Shown here: in pieces, positions 18,319-28,539 of the stretch
How positions within the stretch are numbered: position 1 is the stretch's first letter
Layout of the letters: the number at the start of each line of letters is the position of its first letter
Source: Gemmatimonadota bacterium
Lineage (GTDB): Bacteria; Gemmatimonadota; Gemmatimonadetes; Longimicrobiales; Gaopeijiaceae
Direction: 5' to 3'
DNA length: 64,000 nucleotides
Assembly (NCBI GenBank): GCA_039589315.1
Contig: JBDHHQ010000021.1
Span: forward strand, 44,145-108,144
The notes under the pieces: generated by a model
What the model was told of the DNA's origin: nothing
Database searches by the model: none
Seen by the model: only the letters and a program-made list of their open reading frames with translations
Program-made: the position numbers and the translations under genes

Positions 18319-20538
18319 GTGCCAAGGCTCCTGGCCGTGCTGGTCCTGGCGGCCGCCGCGCCACTCGGTGCTCAGGACCTGAAGGAGAGGGCCGCGGCCT
18401 CCTCCGTTCGAGCCACGCGGCCGCAGGTCATCGCGACGGCGACGACGTCGGAGGTCCGAATCGATGGGCGTCTCGACGAGCCCGTGTGGCAGGCGGCCCC
18501 TTCGGCCACCGATTTCGTCCAGGCTGAGCCCAGGGAAGGTCAGCCGGCCACCGAGGCGACGGAGGTCTGGATCGCCTACGACGAGGACAACCTGTACGTA
18601 GCGGTCAGGCTGCGCGACTCCGATCCGTCCGGCATCGTCGTCAACGACATCAAGAAGGACTTCGCGGAGGGCAGCCAGGACGTCTTCACGGTCATTCTCG
18701 ACACCTTTCAGGACCGCAGGAACGGGTACGTCTTCATGACCAACCCGGGCGGCGCACGGGGCGATCGGCAGATCGCCGGCGAGGGTCGGGAGGTGAACGG
18801 AAGCTGGGACGCCATCTGGCTCGTGGAGACGCAGATCGACGACGCGGGCTGGACTGTGGAGATGGCCATCCCGTTCCGGACCCTGCGCTTCGACCCGGAG
18901 CGGGCGGGCACCTGGGGGATAAACTTCAGCCGCTACATCCGGCGCAAGAACGAGCAGGTCTACTGGGCACCCGTGCCGCGCTCGTACAACATCATGCGCC
19001 TGTCGCTCGCGGGCGACCTCACCGGGCTACCGCAGGCGTCGGCCGGCCGTGATTTGCGCCTCACGCCCTACGCGCTGGGCCGGACCGTTCGGGAGACCGG
19101 TGGCGAGTCCTTCGACAACGACGCGGAGCTCGGGGGCGACCTGAAATACGGGATCACCGATGGGCTCACGCTCGATCTCACGGTCAATCCGGACTTCGCC
19201 CAGGTGGAGGCCGACGTTCAGCGCGTGAACCTGACCCAGTTCTCTCTCTTCTTCCAGGAGAAGCGGGATTTCTTCCTGGAGAATTCCGGTATCTTCTACG
19301 TGGGAGACCTGGCGCGGAACGTGAGGGTCAGCAACATCCCCCGGGCCGACGAGGACCTCGTGGTCTTCTTCAGCCGCCGCATCGGCATCGGCTCGGAGGG
19401 GGAGCAGATTCCCATCTACGGCGGTGCTCGGATCACGGGCCGCGTGCCGGGAGGCGTGAGCCTCGGAGCCCTGTGGATGCGGACGCACGAGCTCGACGAG
19501 AACCCCGAGTCGGACTACGGCGTGGTCCGCCTGCGGAAGAACCTGTTCGCCGGGTCGGACATCGGCGGGATCTTCCTGGTGCGGAACTCGGTGAACCGTG
19601 CCGAGGACCACAACATGGTGTACGGTCTCGACTCCTACATCCGCTTCCCGGGTGACGTGGACTGGAGCGCCTATGGCCTGTTCACCGAGACCCCGAGCAT
19701 CAGCGCGGGAGAGTACGTCTGGCGGACCTCCCTGAACCGGGAGGGCAACTTCCATCACATCAAGTTCGGCGTCATGCAGATCGGCGAGGGCTTCAATTCC
19801 GATCTCAGCTTCTACCGGCGGGTTGGCGTCAGGAAGTACTTCATCGATTGGGGGATTCGCCCACGCCCGGAGTCGCTCCGCCGCCGGGGCATCCGCGAGA
19901 TGCACCCGCATATCGTCTGGAATTACTTCGAGGATCTGGCCGGGCGGAAGGAGGCCTACCGGCTCCACACGGGCTACACCTTCTTCTTCGAGTCGGGCGC
20001 TTTCGCGGAGCTATCGGTCAATCCCGTGTTCGAGCGGCTCGAGGACGAGTTCGAGATCGATCCGGGGGCCGCGCCGATTCAGCCCGGCGAGTACGGGTGG
20101 GCGGAGTGGCAGCTCCGCGGCAACACGGACTCGAGCAAGCCCCTGTCCTTGAGCGCCGTCGGGATCCTGGGCGGGCTCTGGTCGGGGGACCAGCGCACCC
20201 TGAACGCCACGGTGGCCGCGAAGCCCAACTATCACTTCCGCGGGGAAGTGGGCATCTCCCGGACCGACGCGTCCCTGCCCGAAGGCGACTTCGTGAAGAC
20301 GTTCTGGACCGGCCGGGTCAACTACTCGTTCCACAAGGACATGTTCATCGACGCCCTGGTCCAGTACGATCCAGGCAGCGGCCTCTTCAACTCCAACCTT
20401 CGCTTCAACTTCATCCACCACCCCCTGTCCAACCTGTACATCGTCTGGAACGAGCAGCGTTTCACCACCGGGATCGACCGCAACCTGAATCCAGGCCGCA
20501 GCCTGATCATCAAGGTCACGCAGATGTTCGCCTTCTAG
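18319..20538 (+). CDS. CBM9-like + DUF5916 outer-membrane protein
   Basis: IDGRLDEPVW, YDEDNLYV, GWTVEMAIPFRTLRF, LTVNPDFAQVEAD, FFSRRIG; terminal Phe. Confidence 0.85.
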   Translation: MPRLLAVLVLAAAAPLGAQDLKERAAASSVRATRPQVIATATTSEVRIDGRLDEPVWQAAPSATDFVQAEPREGQPATEATEVWIAYDEDNLYVAVRLRDSDPSGIVVNDIKKDFAEGSQDVFTVILDTFQDRRNGYVFMTNPGGARGDRQIAGEGREVNGSWDAIWLVETQIDDAGWTVEMAIPFRTLRFDPERAGTWGINFSRYIRRKNEQVYWAPVPRSYNIMRLSLAGDLTGLPQASAGRDLRLTPYALGRTVRETGGESFDNDAELGGDLKYGITDGLTLDLTVNPDFAQVEADVQRVNLTQFSLFFQEKRDFFLENSGIFYVGDLARNVRVSNIPRADEDLVVFFSRRIGIGSEGEQIPIYGGARITGRVPGGVSLGALWMRTHELDENPESDYGVVRLRKNLFAGSDIGGIFLVRNSVNRAEDHNMVYGLDSYIRFPGDVDWSAYGLFTETPSISAGEYVWRTSLNREGNFHHIKFGVMQIGEGFNSDLSFYRRVGVRKYFIDWGIRPRPESLRRRGIREMHPHIVWNYFEDLAGRKEAYRLHTGYTFFFESGAFAELSVNPVFERLEDEFEIDPGAAPIQPGEYGWAEWQLRGNTDSSKPLSLSAVGILGGLWSGDQRTLNATVAAKPNYHFRGEVGISRTDASLPEGDFVKTFWTGRVNYSFHKDMFIDALVQYDPGSGLFNSNLRFNFIHHPLSNLYIVWNEQRFTTGIDRNLNPGRSLIIKVTQMFAF

Positions 20539-20662
20539 TTGGAGTCACGCTCAGCGGGGTGCCTCGGCGCTGGATTGTCGCGGTGGGTCATGAGGCGTCG
20601 AACCAGGGCTGTCCGGAGGCGCGCGCCTGGCCGCGCGCCCCCCCACACTTCATCTTGAGCAC

Positions 20663-23266
20663 ATGGACGACCTCCAGAGCCGTCTGCAGCACGCTCTCGG
20701 GGACCGGTACCGGATCGAGAGGGAGCTCGGCCGCGGTGGGACGGGGATCGTCTTTCTCGCCGCTGACACGAAGCACGATCGACACGTCGCGCTCAAGGTC
20801 CTGAGCCCCGAGATCGGCCAGTCCGTGGGAAGCGAGCGCTTCCTGCGGGAGATCCGTATCTCCGCGCAGCTGACCCACCCGAACATCCTCACCCTCATCG
20901 ACTCGGGCGAGGCGGAGGGTCTGCTCTACTACGTGATGCCGTACGTGGCCGGCGAGTCGGTGCGGGACCGCCTGGACCGGGAGAGACAGCTCCCCATCGG
21001 TGACGCGCTCCGCATCACGCGGGAGGTAGCCGGCGCGCTGGACCACGCCCACTCCGCCGGGGTGATCCATCGGGACATCAAACCCGAGAACATCCTTCTG
21101 GAGTCGGGTCACGCGCTCGTCTGCGACTTCGGCATCGCCACGGCCATAGACCAAGCCGGCGAAGAGCGACTCACCAAGACCGGCTTCGCCATCGGCACGC
21201 CGGCCTACATGAGTCCGGAGCAGGCAACTGGGGCCGCGATGGACGCCCGCTCGGACCTCTACAGTCTGGCCTGCGTTCTCTACGAGATGCTCGTCGGTTC
21301 GGTACCCCACGCCGGCGCCACGCCTCAAGCCGTGCTGGCCCGAAAGGCGGCCGAGCCGGCGCCAAGTGCCCAAGTTGTGCGGGATACCGTGCCCAGGCAC
21401 GTCGAAGAGGCCCTGAAGCGGGCCCTGGCACGCGTGCCAGCAGATCGTTTTGCAACCGCCGAGGGCTTCTCCGAAGCTCTCGCTGACGCGAGCTTCACCA
21501 CCGGCCGGTCGGCCTCGACGCCGGGGAGTCGCCGCGCTCTGCAATTGGCCCTGGGTGCCGCCACTCTGGTGATCGCCGGAGGAGCCTGGCTGGCCTTCGG
21601 GGGCAGAGGAGGAAGCGCCCCCACGCCGTTGAGGACCACCTTCGGTCAGCTGACCGCTCAACCCGGAGTCGAGGATTCTCCGAGCCTATCGCCCGACGGC
21701 ATGTGGGTCGTGTACGCCGGGGACGAGGAGGGGGATCGCGACATCTTCCTCCGCAGCGTGGGGGGCCAGCTTCCCATCAACCTCACGGAAGACTCACCGG
21801 ACGACGACCACTCTCCCGCCTTCTCGCCCGAAGGGGAGCGCATCGCCTTCCGGTCCAGCCGGCAGGGCGGCGGGCTCTTCGTGATGGGACGCACCGGAGA
21901 GGCCGTCCGGCGCGTGTCGGCCGCCGGCTTCAACCCCGTGTGGTCGCCGGACGGGGCCCGGCTGGCCTATGCCACGGAGCACGTGGGCCTGTTGCCGCTC
22001 AACTGGGAGGGCCGGAGCGAGCTCTGGACCGTCTCCGTGGACGACGGCCAGCTACGCCTGATCGACGGCGGCGACGCGGTGCAGCCCACCTGGTCGCCCA
22101 ACGGACGGTGGATCGCCTACACCGCCCGCATGTCGGACCGCACCGAGATGGACATCTGGGTCATTCCGGCCGATGGCGGAGAGCCCACCGCGGTCACGTC
22201 CGACGTGCCCACCGACTGGAGTCCCACCTGGTCGCCGGACGGAGAGTACATCTACTTCTCCAGCGACCGGGGGGGCAGCATGAACCTCTGGCGCGTCCCC
22301 ATGGACGTGGACGGCGGCCGGCCCAGCGGTGATCCCGAGCCCGTGACCACGCCAGCGTCATTCGTGGCTCATCCCAGCGTTTCGGCAGACGGCCTGAGCG
22401 TGGCGTACAGCTCGGTGCTGATGACGCAGAACATCGAGAAAGCCACGCTCGACCTCGACGAGGGCACGCTGGTGGATCCGATCCCGCTCACCACGGGCTC
22501 CCGGCAGTGGTCGTCCCCCGACCCGTCGCCCGACGGTGCCTGGGTCGCGTTCTACTCCCGGGACCTGCCCGAAGGAGATCTCTACCTCATTCGCGGAGAC
22601 GGGTCGGGGCTTCGCCAGGTGACCGGCGACTCGGCGTTGGACCGGATGCCCCGCTGGTCACCGGAAGGCGACCGCGTCCTGTTTTTCTCGAACCGGAGCG
22701 GGCGCCTGCAGCTCTGGTCGATCCGCTCCGACGGGAGCGCCCTGGAGCAGGTTACGGACGGTTCCGGTGCCGGGATCGCGGTGTGGTCACCGGATTCCCG
22801 GATCGCCGCGAACGGCTTGGGAGCACGGACCGACCGAGTCGTGGAGATCTTCGACGCGCGGACGCCCTATGGCGAGCAGACGCCTCTGACCCTCCCCCCG
22901 CCGGATTCCACCATCGGAGAGTTCATCGTCAACGACTGGTCGCACGACGGAGAGAGGCTCGCGGGAATGGTCGGCCTCTCCGACGACGGCGTCATCGTGT
23001 ACGATCTCACGACGGGTGCGTACGAGCGCATCACCGACTTCGGCCAGTGGCCGGTTTGGCTGGCGGACGATCGCAGTCTGCTGTTCGTGACGGGTGGCAA
23101 CGCCTTCCACGTGGTCGACACTCGGTCGGGGGCCGTCAGGCGTGTTCACTTCGCGCTACGCGACGTCGTCGGTCCGCCCCGAGTGACCCGCGACGGCCGC
23201 ACGCTGGTCTATTCGCGGCGCGTCACCGAAGGCGATGTCTGGCTGGTCTCCCTCGAGCAGCCCTGA
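20663..23266 (+). CDS. Hanks-type Ser/Thr kinase with TM helix and PD40/TolB-like propeller
   Basis: LGRGGTGIV, VALKV, HRDIKPEN, DFG, GTPAYMSPE; many PxWSPDG repeats. Confidence 0.92.
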   Translation: MDDLQSRLQHALGDRYRIERELGRGGTGIVFLAADTKHDRHVALKVLSPEIGQSVGSERFLREIRISAQLTHPNILTLIDSGEAEGLLYYVMPYVAGESVRDRLDRERQLPIGDALRITREVAGALDHAHSAGVIHRDIKPENILLESGHALVCDFGIATAIDQAGEERLTKTGFAIGTPAYMSPEQATGAAMDARSDLYSLACVLYEMLVGSVPHAGATPQAVLARKAAEPAPSAQVVRDTVPRHVEEALKRALARVPADRFATAEGFSEALADASFTTGRSASTPGSRRALQLALGAATLVIAGGAWLAFGGRGGSAPTPLRTTFGQLTAQPGVEDSPSLSPDGMWVVYAGDEEGDRDIFLRSVGGQLPINLTEDSPDDDHSPAFSPEGERIAFRSSRQGGGLFVMGRTGEAVRRVSAAGFNPVWSPDGARLAYATEHVGLLPLNWEGRSELWTVSVDDGQLRLIDGGDAVQPTWSPNGRWIAYTARMSDRTEMDIWVIPADGGEPTAVTSDVPTDWSPTWSPDGEYIYFSSDRGGSMNLWRVPMDVDGGRPSGDPEPVTTPASFVAHPSVSADGLSVAYSSVLMTQNIEKATLDLDEGTLVDPIPLTTGSRQWSSPDPSPDGAWVAFYSRDLPEGDLYLIRGDGSGLRQVTGDSALDRMPRWSPEGDRVLFFSNRSGRLQLWSIRSDGSALEQVTDGSGAGIAVWSPDSRIAANGLGARTDRVVEIFDARTPYGEQTPLTLPPPDSTIGEFIVNDWSHDGERLAGMVGLSDDGVIVYDLTTGAYERITDFGQWPVWLADDRSLLFVTGGNAFHVVDTRSGAVRRVHFALRDVVGPPRVTRDGRTLVYSRRVTEGDVWLVSLEQP

Positions 23267-23570
23267 AACGGCCGCCGCCGGCCGGCTCGACCACCCAGCC
23301 TGGGCGCGCCACCCCGGGGCACGAGCCTCACGTCCGCCCAACCTCGGTCCGTGGGGCCGGCCTCACCTGTGCGCGGACCGGCCTCCCCTCCGCTTCACCC
23401 CGGTCGGGAACAATGGAACAATCGGGAACACGGGAACGCCTACGCCACTCGAACAGTTGGACCCATGACCGGCGGGGGCCGACCCCTCATCACGACGCGA
23501 CGCCTTCGGGTCGCGTCCCCGGCCGGGGATCCCCAGGCGGGGGCTGAATGCGACTGTGAAAGGTAGAGCG

Positions 23571-23993
23571 ATGATGATGAAGAACACGATCGGGTTACTC
23601 GCGACCGGCATGGTGTTGACCGCGCTTCTCGTGGCTCCGTCCGGTGCGGCTGGCCAGCAGGCCACCGAGGGAGATGCCTTCGAGGAGGTGACCGCTCCGG
23701 CCAACAAGCCCGTGCGGCTCTACGTGCAGAACAACAACTGGCTGGACGTGAACGTCTACGCGGTACGCGGCGGGACCCGCTTTCGCCTCGGCGTGGTGCG
23801 CTCGGCTGCGGGCAGGTTCTTCGAGCTGCCGGACCATTTGACGAGCCACGGACTGAATGTCCAGCTGCAGGCGAGCCCCATCGGCCAAAGGGGATCGGTT
23901 ACGGAGGCCGTGCCGATCAGCCCGGGCGACATCGTCGAGTGGCGGATCCAGAACAACCTCAACCTCTCCAGCCTGTCCGTCTGGTCGACCTGA
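23571..23993 (+). CDS. Secreted hypothetical beta-rich protein
   Basis: Signal peptide; VQNNNWLDVNVYAV..GTRFRLG; start uncertain (23556-23577). Confidence 0.65.
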   Translation: MMMKNTIGLLATGMVLTALLVAPSGAAGQQATEGDAFEEVTAPANKPVRLYVQNNNWLDVNVYAVRGGTRFRLGVVRSAAGRFFELPDHLTSHGLNVQLQASPIGQRGSVTEAVPISPGDIVEWRIQNNLNLSSLSVWST

Positions 23994-24194
23994 GCGCACT
24001 CAGGTGGGTGCCGGCCGGCTGAGCCGGTTCGGCAGTAGCAAGGCGACCTCCCCGACCCGGCGGGTTCGACCCGCCCGGCCAGGCGGCGTCCCCGGGGGCC
24101 ATGAGGTCTCCGGGGACGAATCGTAGGGGCGAGACCCCCCGGTCTGCGCCCCGGTGTTGGCCGCTCCGGCGGACCGTGGCCCCGGGCGGGCGTG

Positions 24195-24686
24195 TCAGAT
24201 CACCCCGATGAGCCCCAACAGCACCGACAACAGCCAGCCGGCCAGCACTACCATGCCCGCCACCGACCCACCCACGACAACGGCCATTCCCAACCAGAAA
24301 CGGCGCGCCGCCACCCCCGCCCGGGCCGGGTCGGACAGGTAGCCTTCCAGCAGCCGCAGGTTGCGGGTATTGGCCTTCCAGACCGCGTCGAACACGTCGC
24401 CCGCTACGGGGATGACACCGAGCACGGTCTCGACCGCGACGTTCAGGAGCATCCGGGCAACCGTGCCTCGCGAGGCACCGAGTCGGGCCGACTCCCACAC
24501 CAGATAGGCCGAGAGCACCGCGCCGATGGCGTCGCCGGCCCAGGGCACCAGGCCGAGGAGCGGGTCCAGACCGATGCGCTTCCCCGTTCCGGGGATCCGG
24601 ATGGACGTGTCCAGCAGCCGGGTGAGCTTGCGTACGCGGGCGATGCGCCGCTGAACGGCAACGCGCTCGGTCGGTTGCTGGGCCAT
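24195..24686 (-). CDS. DUF4112 family membrane protein
   Basis: LLDTSIRIPGT..RIGLDPLLGLVPWAGD, GDVFDAVWKANTRN. Confidence 0.88.
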   Translation of the reverse strand: MAQQPTERVAVQRRIARVRKLTRLLDTSIRIPGTGKRIGLDPLLGLVPWAGDAIGAVLSAYLVWESARLGASRGTVARMLLNVAVETVLGVIPVAGDVFDAVWKANTRNLRLLEGYLSDPARAGVAARRFWLGMAVVVGGSVAGMVVLAGWLLSVLLGLIGVI

Positions 24687-24904
24687 GCGGCTCCCCGATG
24701 AGGTGGACAGGGACGGATGTAGTCGTGGAAGCGAGGGGGTGCAAACGCGACGGCAGCGACCACGGTGTCGGCGCGTCGCCACGGACGGGGGCAGAGCGGG
24801 GCACTGCTTCGACGCGTTGACAAACGTCGGCCCTCTGCCGACCGGCCTCGCCGCGGGCGACGCGGGGGTTTGACGCCCCGGGCACGTGAAATGACTTTGC
24901 GGCC

Positions 24905-25399
24905 ATGAGCTTCACAGCCTCAGTCCTCGCGGTCGCGGCCATGGCCGCCGCCCTTCTGGTCGTGCCCCTCGGCCTACCTGGCGTGTGGGTCATGGTCGCC
25001 ATTCTGCTGGTGGCGACCCTCCTGGGCGCCATGCCCTGGGTGACCTGGGTCATCGTGGCAGTGGCGGCCGGGGCGGCCGAGGTCGGGGAGCTCTGGCTGT
25101 TGAAGACGCTCGGCAGTCGCTACGGGGGCTCGAGGAAGGCCTTCTGGGGCGCCATTCTGGGCGGCTTCATCGGGCTCTTCCTGGGCGTGCCGATCCCGTT
25201 GGCGGGCTCGATCGTCGCGGCCTTCCTGGGATCGTTCCTGGGCGCGGCCATCGTCACCTTCCTGGAGACGAGATCGGCGGGGCACGCCACCCGGGTAGGT
25301 TGGGGCATCCTCCTGGCTCGGACCGCGTCCGTAGTGCTCAAGGTGGGTACGGGCGCGGTGGTGTTGGCGGTGGGGGCCTGGGAGCTCCTGCTCCGGTGA
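24905..25399 (+). CDS. DUF456 family membrane protein
   Basis: LPGVW, RYGGSRKAFWGAILGG, GSFLGA. Confidence 0.8.
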   Translation: MSFTASVLAVAAMAAALLVVPLGLPGVWVMVAILLVATLLGAMPWVTWVIVAVAAGAAEVGELWLLKTLGSRYGGSRKAFWGAILGGFIGLFLGVPIPLAGSIVAAFLGSFLGAAIVTFLETRSAGHATRVGWGILLARTASVVLKVGTGAVVLAVGAWELLLR

Positions 25400-26448
25400 G
25401 CCTCTCACGCCGGGCCTGCGCGGTCGCGCTGGCGCTGATCACTCTGGCGTGGGGAGCGAGCGCGGGCGCGGCGCAGCGGACCGACGTGCTGACGATCGTC
25501 AACGGAGACGAGATCACAGGGGAGATCAAGAGGCTGGCTCGCGGAAAGCTGTCCTACAAGACCGACGACATGGGGACCCTGTCCGTGAAGTGGGACAAGG
25601 TGCTTCGGCTCCGCACGACCCATATCCAGGAGGTCGTGCTGGCGAGCGGGCGTCGCATGTTCGGCTCGCTGCGGGACGCGGAAGACGAAGGTCAGATCGT
25701 GATTGTCGGAGACACCGTCGACGTCCTGCAGATCGTAGAGATCACACCTATCGAGGCTACCTTCTTCCAGCGAACGAGCGGATATGTGGACATCGGCTTG
25801 ACCTACGCCAAGGCCAACGCCGCCACGACCTTCACGACCGGCTGGGAGGCCAACTACCGGGGCGAGATCTGGGGCACCGGCTTATCCGGTAGCAACTACT
25901 TCCAGGAGCAGGCCAGCGCCGAGCCCACCAGGCGGAACAACGTGGGTGGGTTCGGTGAGCGGTTCATCAACGGAAGATGGGCCGGAGTGGTCTCCATCAA
26001 TCTGCAGCAAAACGACGAGCTGAACCTGGCCCTCCGGGCCAGCTACGGCGCGGGCGCCAGGGCACGTCCTCTGATCACCAACCACATGGAGATCGTGGTC
26101 GAGGCGGGCGTGCTCCTGAACCAGGAGCGCTTCAGCCAAACCGACACCACATCTACATCCCAGGACGACACAGCGACCAGCCTCGAGGTCACGGGCGCGT
26201 TCGACTGGGACTACTTTCGCTACGACAGCCCCAAGTTCGATTTCGACGTGGACTTCGCCCCCTTTTTCAGCGTGACCAAGCTGGGGCGCGTGCGCTTCCA
26301 GCTGGACGTGCGGACCACCTACGAGGTGTTCAGCGACTTCAACATGGGCCTGACCTTCCGGGACTCGTTCGACAGCGACCCTCCGTCCGCGGGAGCCAGC
26401 AACAACGACTTCACGGTGACGTTCACCGTGGGGTGGTCGTGGAGCTAG
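25396..26448 (+). CDS. DUF481-like outer-membrane beta-barrel protein
   Basis: GTGA overlap; signal peptide, NGDEITGEIK N-domain, alternating strands, terminal VGWSWS. Confidence 0.75.
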   Translation: MSLSRRACAVALALITLAWGASAGAAQRTDVLTIVNGDEITGEIKRLARGKLSYKTDDMGTLSVKWDKVLRLRTTHIQEVVLASGRRMFGSLRDAEDEGQIVIVGDTVDVLQIVEITPIEATFFQRTSGYVDIGLTYAKANAATTFTTGWEANYRGEIWGTGLSGSNYFQEQASAEPTRRNNVGGFGERFINGRWAGVVSINLQQNDELNLALRASYGAGARARPLITNHMEIVVEAGVLLNQERFSQTDTTSTSQDDTATSLEVTGAFDWDYFRYDSPKFDFDVDFAPFFSVTKLGRVRFQLDVRTTYEVFSDFNMGLTFRDSFDSDPPSAGASNNDFTVTFTVGWSWS

Positions 26449-26751
26449 GGGGGCTCACCAGCCTCTCGGCCTTCCGAGCGCCGATGCGCGCCGCTCAGCT
26501 TCGCCGCTCCTCCTCGAGAATGCGCTGCTCTGCCTGGTCGTTCGTTGTGGCGTGCGAGAGGCGCCCCCGACCTCCCGGTGGCTCGGAGCTCGTGAAACAC
26601 CGCTCTATCAGGACTGGTGCCCTCGGGGCGCCTGAAATGAAGATCGCCCCCGAAGCCCGAAGGCTCCGGGGGCGCATAGTGGGACCCGGCGTCCGAACGT
26701 CCTCGCCAGCCCTACCTCACATCCACACCACCCATCCGGCTCAGGCGTCCG

Positions 26752-27315
26752 TCAAAGCCCGGGCCCAAAGTCGTCTACGTCGTCGGCGAAATCAGCGGCC
26801 ACAGTGACCGTGCCGGACTGCTGGTCGATCCGGGCCAACACGATGCCGCGAACGGCGTCGGACAGCACCGGCGTCTCGACGACCGCTTCCGCGCGTTGCA
26901 CGTACCCCAACGCGTCGGATTCCTTGCCCCTCTTGGTGGCGACCCAGGCGGCATCGACCAACAGACTGCCAGCCGTGAGGAAGTCTCCTCCCTCCATGGC
27001 CCGCTCACTCGCCGACTCGAGGGACCTTTGCGAGCCTCTCAGATCGCCGGTGTAGTACGCGAGCTTTCCGGCCCAGTGCAGATCCACCACCGCTTCGGCA
27101 TCACCCACCGGCCGGAGAGACGCCGCCTGCAGGTACAACCAGGCGGCGTGCTCCCACCGGTCGCGCTGGTCGGCCAGGCTCTTGGCCTCGGCCTCCATCT
27201 TCTCCGCCCGGTGGATGCCCCAATCAGGGTCCTGCGCTCGAGCCTCGGGCGTTACCACTGCCGAGGCGACCACCGCACCCACCACAGCCCAACCCCACAC
27301 CGCTCGCAGCTTCAT
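26752..27315 (-). CDS. Secreted helical (TPR-like) hypothetical protein
   Basis: MKLRAVWG...ARA signal peptide; helical repeats. Confidence 0.6.
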   Translation of the reverse strand: MKLRAVWGWAVVGAVVASAVVTPEARAQDPDWGIHRAEKMEAEAKSLADQRDRWEHAAWLYLQAASLRPVGDAEAVVDLHWAGKLAYYTGDLRGSQRSLESASERAMEGGDFLTAGSLLVDAAWVATKRGKESDALGYVQRAEAVVETPVLSDAVRGIVLARIDQQSGTVTVAADFADDVDDFGPGL

Positions 27316-27700
27316 CACAACCTCCACCCTCATCATCGTCGTCGTCATCATCACCCCATCGCCGTCCACCGGCGGATCGGACCGACCCCGTCGGTCCTGT
27401 CCCGCGGGCGACCACCCTGGCGGCCCGCCGGACACGCTTGATGTTCTGGAAGTTCTGTGCCAGGTGTCCGAAACGTGTCTAACATGCTACACGTCAATGA
27501 GTTGGCGGGTAACGCTCCGATCTCGTCTCCCCTGCGGGAGCGTCCGTATCCGGGATTCCCACTTTCGGAAACGGGACAATGGGGTGTCCGGATTGCGGAG
27601 ATCGGGGCCCTCGGCGAGCTTCGGGCCGAGGTGGAGCGGATCGGACGAGCGGCGGCTCTCCCCCATGGAGAGAAGCCAGCGTGAAGTGGAAGGAGACACC

Positions 27701-28525
27701 ATGGCGCAGAGGTCAGGAGCGGGTGGGCTCGCCATCCTCGGCGGTGGCAACCTGGGTCGGGCCCTGGCCACGGGGTGGGCGGCTGCGGGCATGTTCGAGC
27801 CCCACCACATCCACGTGACCCGTCGCCGCTCCGGTGGGCTGCCGGAGCTCGAGGCTCGGGGTGTTCGGGTCAGCAGCGACAACCGCGGCGCGGTTGCCGG
27901 GTCGGATCTGGTGGTGATCGCCGTGCAGCCTCAGCAGGTGGTGGAGGTCCTGGACGAGATCCGGGACGTTCTCGATCCCCGGCGTCACACGCTCGTCTCC
28001 GTGGTGTCGGGTGTCACGGTCGCGGCCCTGCAGGCTCACGCCGGCGCGTCGGTGCCCATCGTGCGAGCCATGCCCAACACGGCGGTCGGCATCGGAGAGT
28101 CCATGACCTGTCTCGCCGCGGCCCCCGGGGCGGAGGAGGCTCTGACCCGAGCGACCGAGCTCTTCGACGCCGTGGGCAGCACGCTCCACATCGAGGACGA
28201 GATGATGGTGCCGGCGACGGCTCTTTGTGCCTGCGGGGTCGCGTTCTTCCTGCGGTCCATCCGGGCGGCGTCCCAAGGCGGCATCGAGATCGGCTTCCAC
28301 CCCGGAGAGGCCCTGCTCCTGGCGGCCCAGACGGCGAGGGGGGCTGCGGCGCTGTTGCTCGACGAGGGCCGGCACCCGGAGTCGGAGATCGACCGGGTCA
28401 CGACACCACGCGGTTGCACGATCGCGGGTCTGAACGAGATGGAGCACCAGGGGTTCAGCTCGGCAATGATCCGGGGCATCGTGCTGTCGGCGAAGCAGGC
28501 CGCCGGGCTCTTCGACGAGGGGTAG
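27701..28525 (+). CDS. proC: Pyrroline-5-carboxylate reductase
   Basis: GAAGGAG RBS; ILGGGNLG, VRAMPNT, VTTPRGCTIAGL. Confidence 0.92.
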   Translation: MAQRSGAGGLAILGGGNLGRALATGWAAAGMFEPHHIHVTRRRSGGLPELEARGVRVSSDNRGAVAGSDLVVIAVQPQQVVEVLDEIRDVLDPRRHTLVSVVSGVTVAALQAHAGASVPIVRAMPNTAVGIGESMTCLAAAPGAEEALTRATELFDAVGSTLHIEDEMMVPATALCACGVAFFLRSIRAASQGGIEIGFHPGEALLLAAQTARGAAALLLDEGRHPESEIDRVTTPRGCTIAGLNEMEHQGFSSAMIRGIVLSAKQAAGLFDEG

Positions 28526-28539
28526 GGGAGAGCCCACCC

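Noticed and set aside
27330..27353. (TCA/TCG)n trinucleotide run
   Set aside because: Short, imperfect low-complexity tract in a leader; no evidence of phase variation
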